Positions 29,413 through 30,923 of a DNA stretch of 30,923 nt are shown in pieces. Source of the DNA: Oleiphilaceae bacterium (GTDB lineage: Bacteria; Pseudomonadota; Gammaproteobacteria; Pseudomonadales; Oleiphilaceae); contig JBFJVR010000001.1 of assembly GCA_041624095.1 (NCBI GenBank), forward strand, positions 1 to 30,923. Reading direction: 5' to 3'. Numbering within the stretch: position 1 is the first letter of the stretch; the number at the start of each line of letters is the position of its first letter. The notes beneath the pieces were generated by a model. The model did not search any database. It saw only the letters and a list, made by a program, of their open reading frames with translations, and was not told the DNA's origin. Position numbers and translations under genes: made by a program.

Positions 29413-30390
29413 ATGAAGCGATTTAATAGCATTTTATGTGTGGTTGATTCACAAAAGTGTTCTCACACAGCTATTGCCCAATCGGTGATGATTGCCAACG
29501 ATCATCAAGCAAAGCTAACAGTTGCGTCCGTTGTCGAACCGGCTATATCCTGGCGCACAGCCTTTGGCGATACAAAGGCGTACGGTAAAGGCTTAGACGA
29601 GCTAATAAATAATAAGAAAAATGAAATTGCGGGCTGGATCTCAAGCGTCGCGCCGACATTGAAAGCACGCGTCGAGATCTATACAGGGATAGCATTCATA
29701 AAAATTATTCAAAGCGTCGTTCATAACAAGCACGATCTGGTCATTAAGTGCGCTGAAGAATCTGACTGGCTAAGCCGTATGTTTGCGAGTGAAGACATGC
29801 ACTTGCTTCGCAAATGCCCATGCCCAGTGTTAATGTTGAAGCCAGGGCAAAACGACAGATTTCAAAATATTCTCGCCACAGTCGATGTAAACGATGATTT
29901 CAGTGAACCGGATGAGGAACGAGTCCAAGACCAACTCAATAAACAGGTACTTGAGTACAGCGCAACATTATGCATGCCAGAATTAACCACACTGCATATT
30001 GGCAGCGCGTGGGATGCTTACGCTGAAGACTTCTATCGCTACGGTGCTTTTTCTAGCTTACCTGAAGACGAAGTTAATAAGTATGTAGATAGAGTGCGTC
30101 GCGACTGTGTCGATAATTTGGACCTACTCGTTAAAGAAATGAACGAAATTCTAGGTAAAGAAACCGTCCAGTACCTGCATCCTCAATTACATTTGGTAAA
30201 AGGGAAACCCTATAAGGAGATTCCATTGATGGCAGAAAAACATGACATAGACTTAATTGTCATGGGAACAGTTGGCCGTATAAAGATCCCTGGTTTGATT
30301 ATCGGGAATACGGCCGAATCGATTTTGGAACAGGTACAGTGCTCAGTATTAGCAATTAAGCCTAAAGGTTTCAAAACGCCCGTTATGTAA
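29413..30390 (+). CDS. Universal stress protein, tandem-domain UspE-like (325 aa)
   Basis: Two USP domains: KRFNSILCVVD...HDLVIK...DMHLLRKCPCPVLMLKP, then FQNILATVD...IDLIVMGTVGR...IIGNTAESILEQVQCSVLAIKPKGFKTPV. Strong SD GGAGGG at 29401-29406 supports ATG 29413 over GTG 29389. Confidence 0.92.
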   Translation: MKRFNSILCVVDSQKCSHTAIAQSVMIANDHQAKLTVASVVEPAISWRTAFGDTKAYGKGLDELINNKKNEIAGWISSVAPTLKARVEIYTGIAFIKIIQSVVHNKHDLVIKCAEESDWLSRMFASEDMHLLRKCPCPVLMLKPGQNDRFQNILATVDVNDDFSEPDEERVQDQLNKQVLEYSATLCMPELTTLHIGSAWDAYAEDFYRYGAFSSLPEDEVNKYVDRVRRDCVDNLDLLVKEMNEILGKETVQYLHPQLHLVKGKPYKEIPLMAEKHDIDLIVMGTVGRIKIPGLIIGNTAESILEQVQCSVLAIKPKGFKTPVM

Positions 30391-30524
30391 GCTTACCTAT
30401 AGAGTTGGTGTGATACTTGATTATTAGCTAACACCTACTTTCAATTCCAATAAACAATTTTGATCGTATGCGGTAAACTGAGCGATACGCATCGCTCTTT
30501 TTCTAAGCAACAGGGGTAATTAAA

Positions 30525-30806
30525 ATGAGTAAGAAAGATGCATATGTAGAAAAAGCCCAAGCAAAAGTCGAAGAGCAATCAGCCAAGCTCAGCCGCCTCA
30601 AAGCACAAGTAAAAGGCGAGGTAGCCGATAAAAAAATCGATACATACAATCTTATAGAAAAGCTGGAAGCGAAACTGGCCTCAGCTAAATCCCAACTCAA
30701 TGAAATAGCTAACGCTACCGAGGATAAATGGGAAAGCCTGAGCGAGCGTTTCGAGACGCTTAGCGATGAAGTCAGTGCCTCGGTAAAGAAGTTTCTCGGC
30801 AAATAA
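30525..30806 (+). CDS. Small coiled-coil protein, resembling the sll1863-family stress proteins
   Basis: The pattern K.AY..K..A.......I/L..LKA....ADxK..Y......L....A...L.E......WE.L...E...E....VKK matches that family as I recall it. SD AGGGG about 8 nt upstream. Confidence 0.7.
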   Translation: MSKKDAYVEKAQAKVEEQSAKLSRLKAQVKGEVADKKIDTYNLIEKLEAKLASAKSQLNEIANATEDKWESLSERFETLSDEVSASVKKFLGK

Positions 30807-30821
30807 ACTAGATTGGCTCAA

Positions 30822-30893
30822 TGGGGACGGAGAGCTCGTTTTTTACGCAACCCTCTATAAATGCCCGGTTATTTTTCGACCCCTCCGCCCCCT
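30822..30893. repeat. Second, degenerate copy of the TGGGGACGGAG inverted-repeat unit
   Basis: TGGGGACGGAG at 30822-30832 is identical to 27613-27623. The partner arm CTCCGCCCCCT at 30883-30893 is a 9/11 match to CTCCGTCCCCA. Confidence 0.55.
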
Positions 30894-30923
30894 CGCTATG
30901 CCTCCCCCCCGAAACGCGATACC

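Noticed and set aside
30403-30440. Possible terminator hairpin after the usp gene (AGTTGGTGT...ACACCTACT)
   Set aside because: Mismatched stem with a loop of about 20 nt and a poor U-tract.
30503-30802. 99-aa minus-strand ORF
   Set aside because: Antisense shadow of the 93-aa coiled-coil gene, which has an SD and a family-like pattern.
1-30923. CRISPR arrays, tRNA/rRNA genes, transposases or integrases
   Set aside because: None seen; the periodicities found are protein-level repeats within the giant ORF.

Overview
The window has two parts. (1) 1-27601, all on the + strand: the 3' ~19.8 kb of a giant acidic RTX/beta-roll surface protein (frame open to the left window edge, so at least 6,611 aa). 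It is followed by a tightly packed operon: a DUF3467-like small protein, a GAF-HlyD adaptor fusion, a PqqD/RRE-like + M50 zinc metalloprotease + HlyD fusion, a short SecA paralog that stops early in the helical scaffold (no wing domain, two-helix finger or C-tail), a signal-peptide RND/HlyD-type adaptor, and a small membrane-anchored protein. No ABC transporter or TolC gene is present in the window. The main hypothesis (inference) is an ABC-less, type I-like export/processing system for giant RTX proteins, powered by a SecA DEAD motor with an M50-family protein as the inner-membrane component. The giant protein shows a beta-roll scaffold carrying nested, loop-inserted domains. (2) 27613-30923: an apparently lower-GC stress cassette (MscS-family channel, UspE-like tandem USP, small coiled-coil protein) bracketed by two short inverted-repeat units sharing TGGGGACGGAG. 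No rRNA, tRNA or CRISPR was seen. All family calls come from motif recognition by eye, not database searches.
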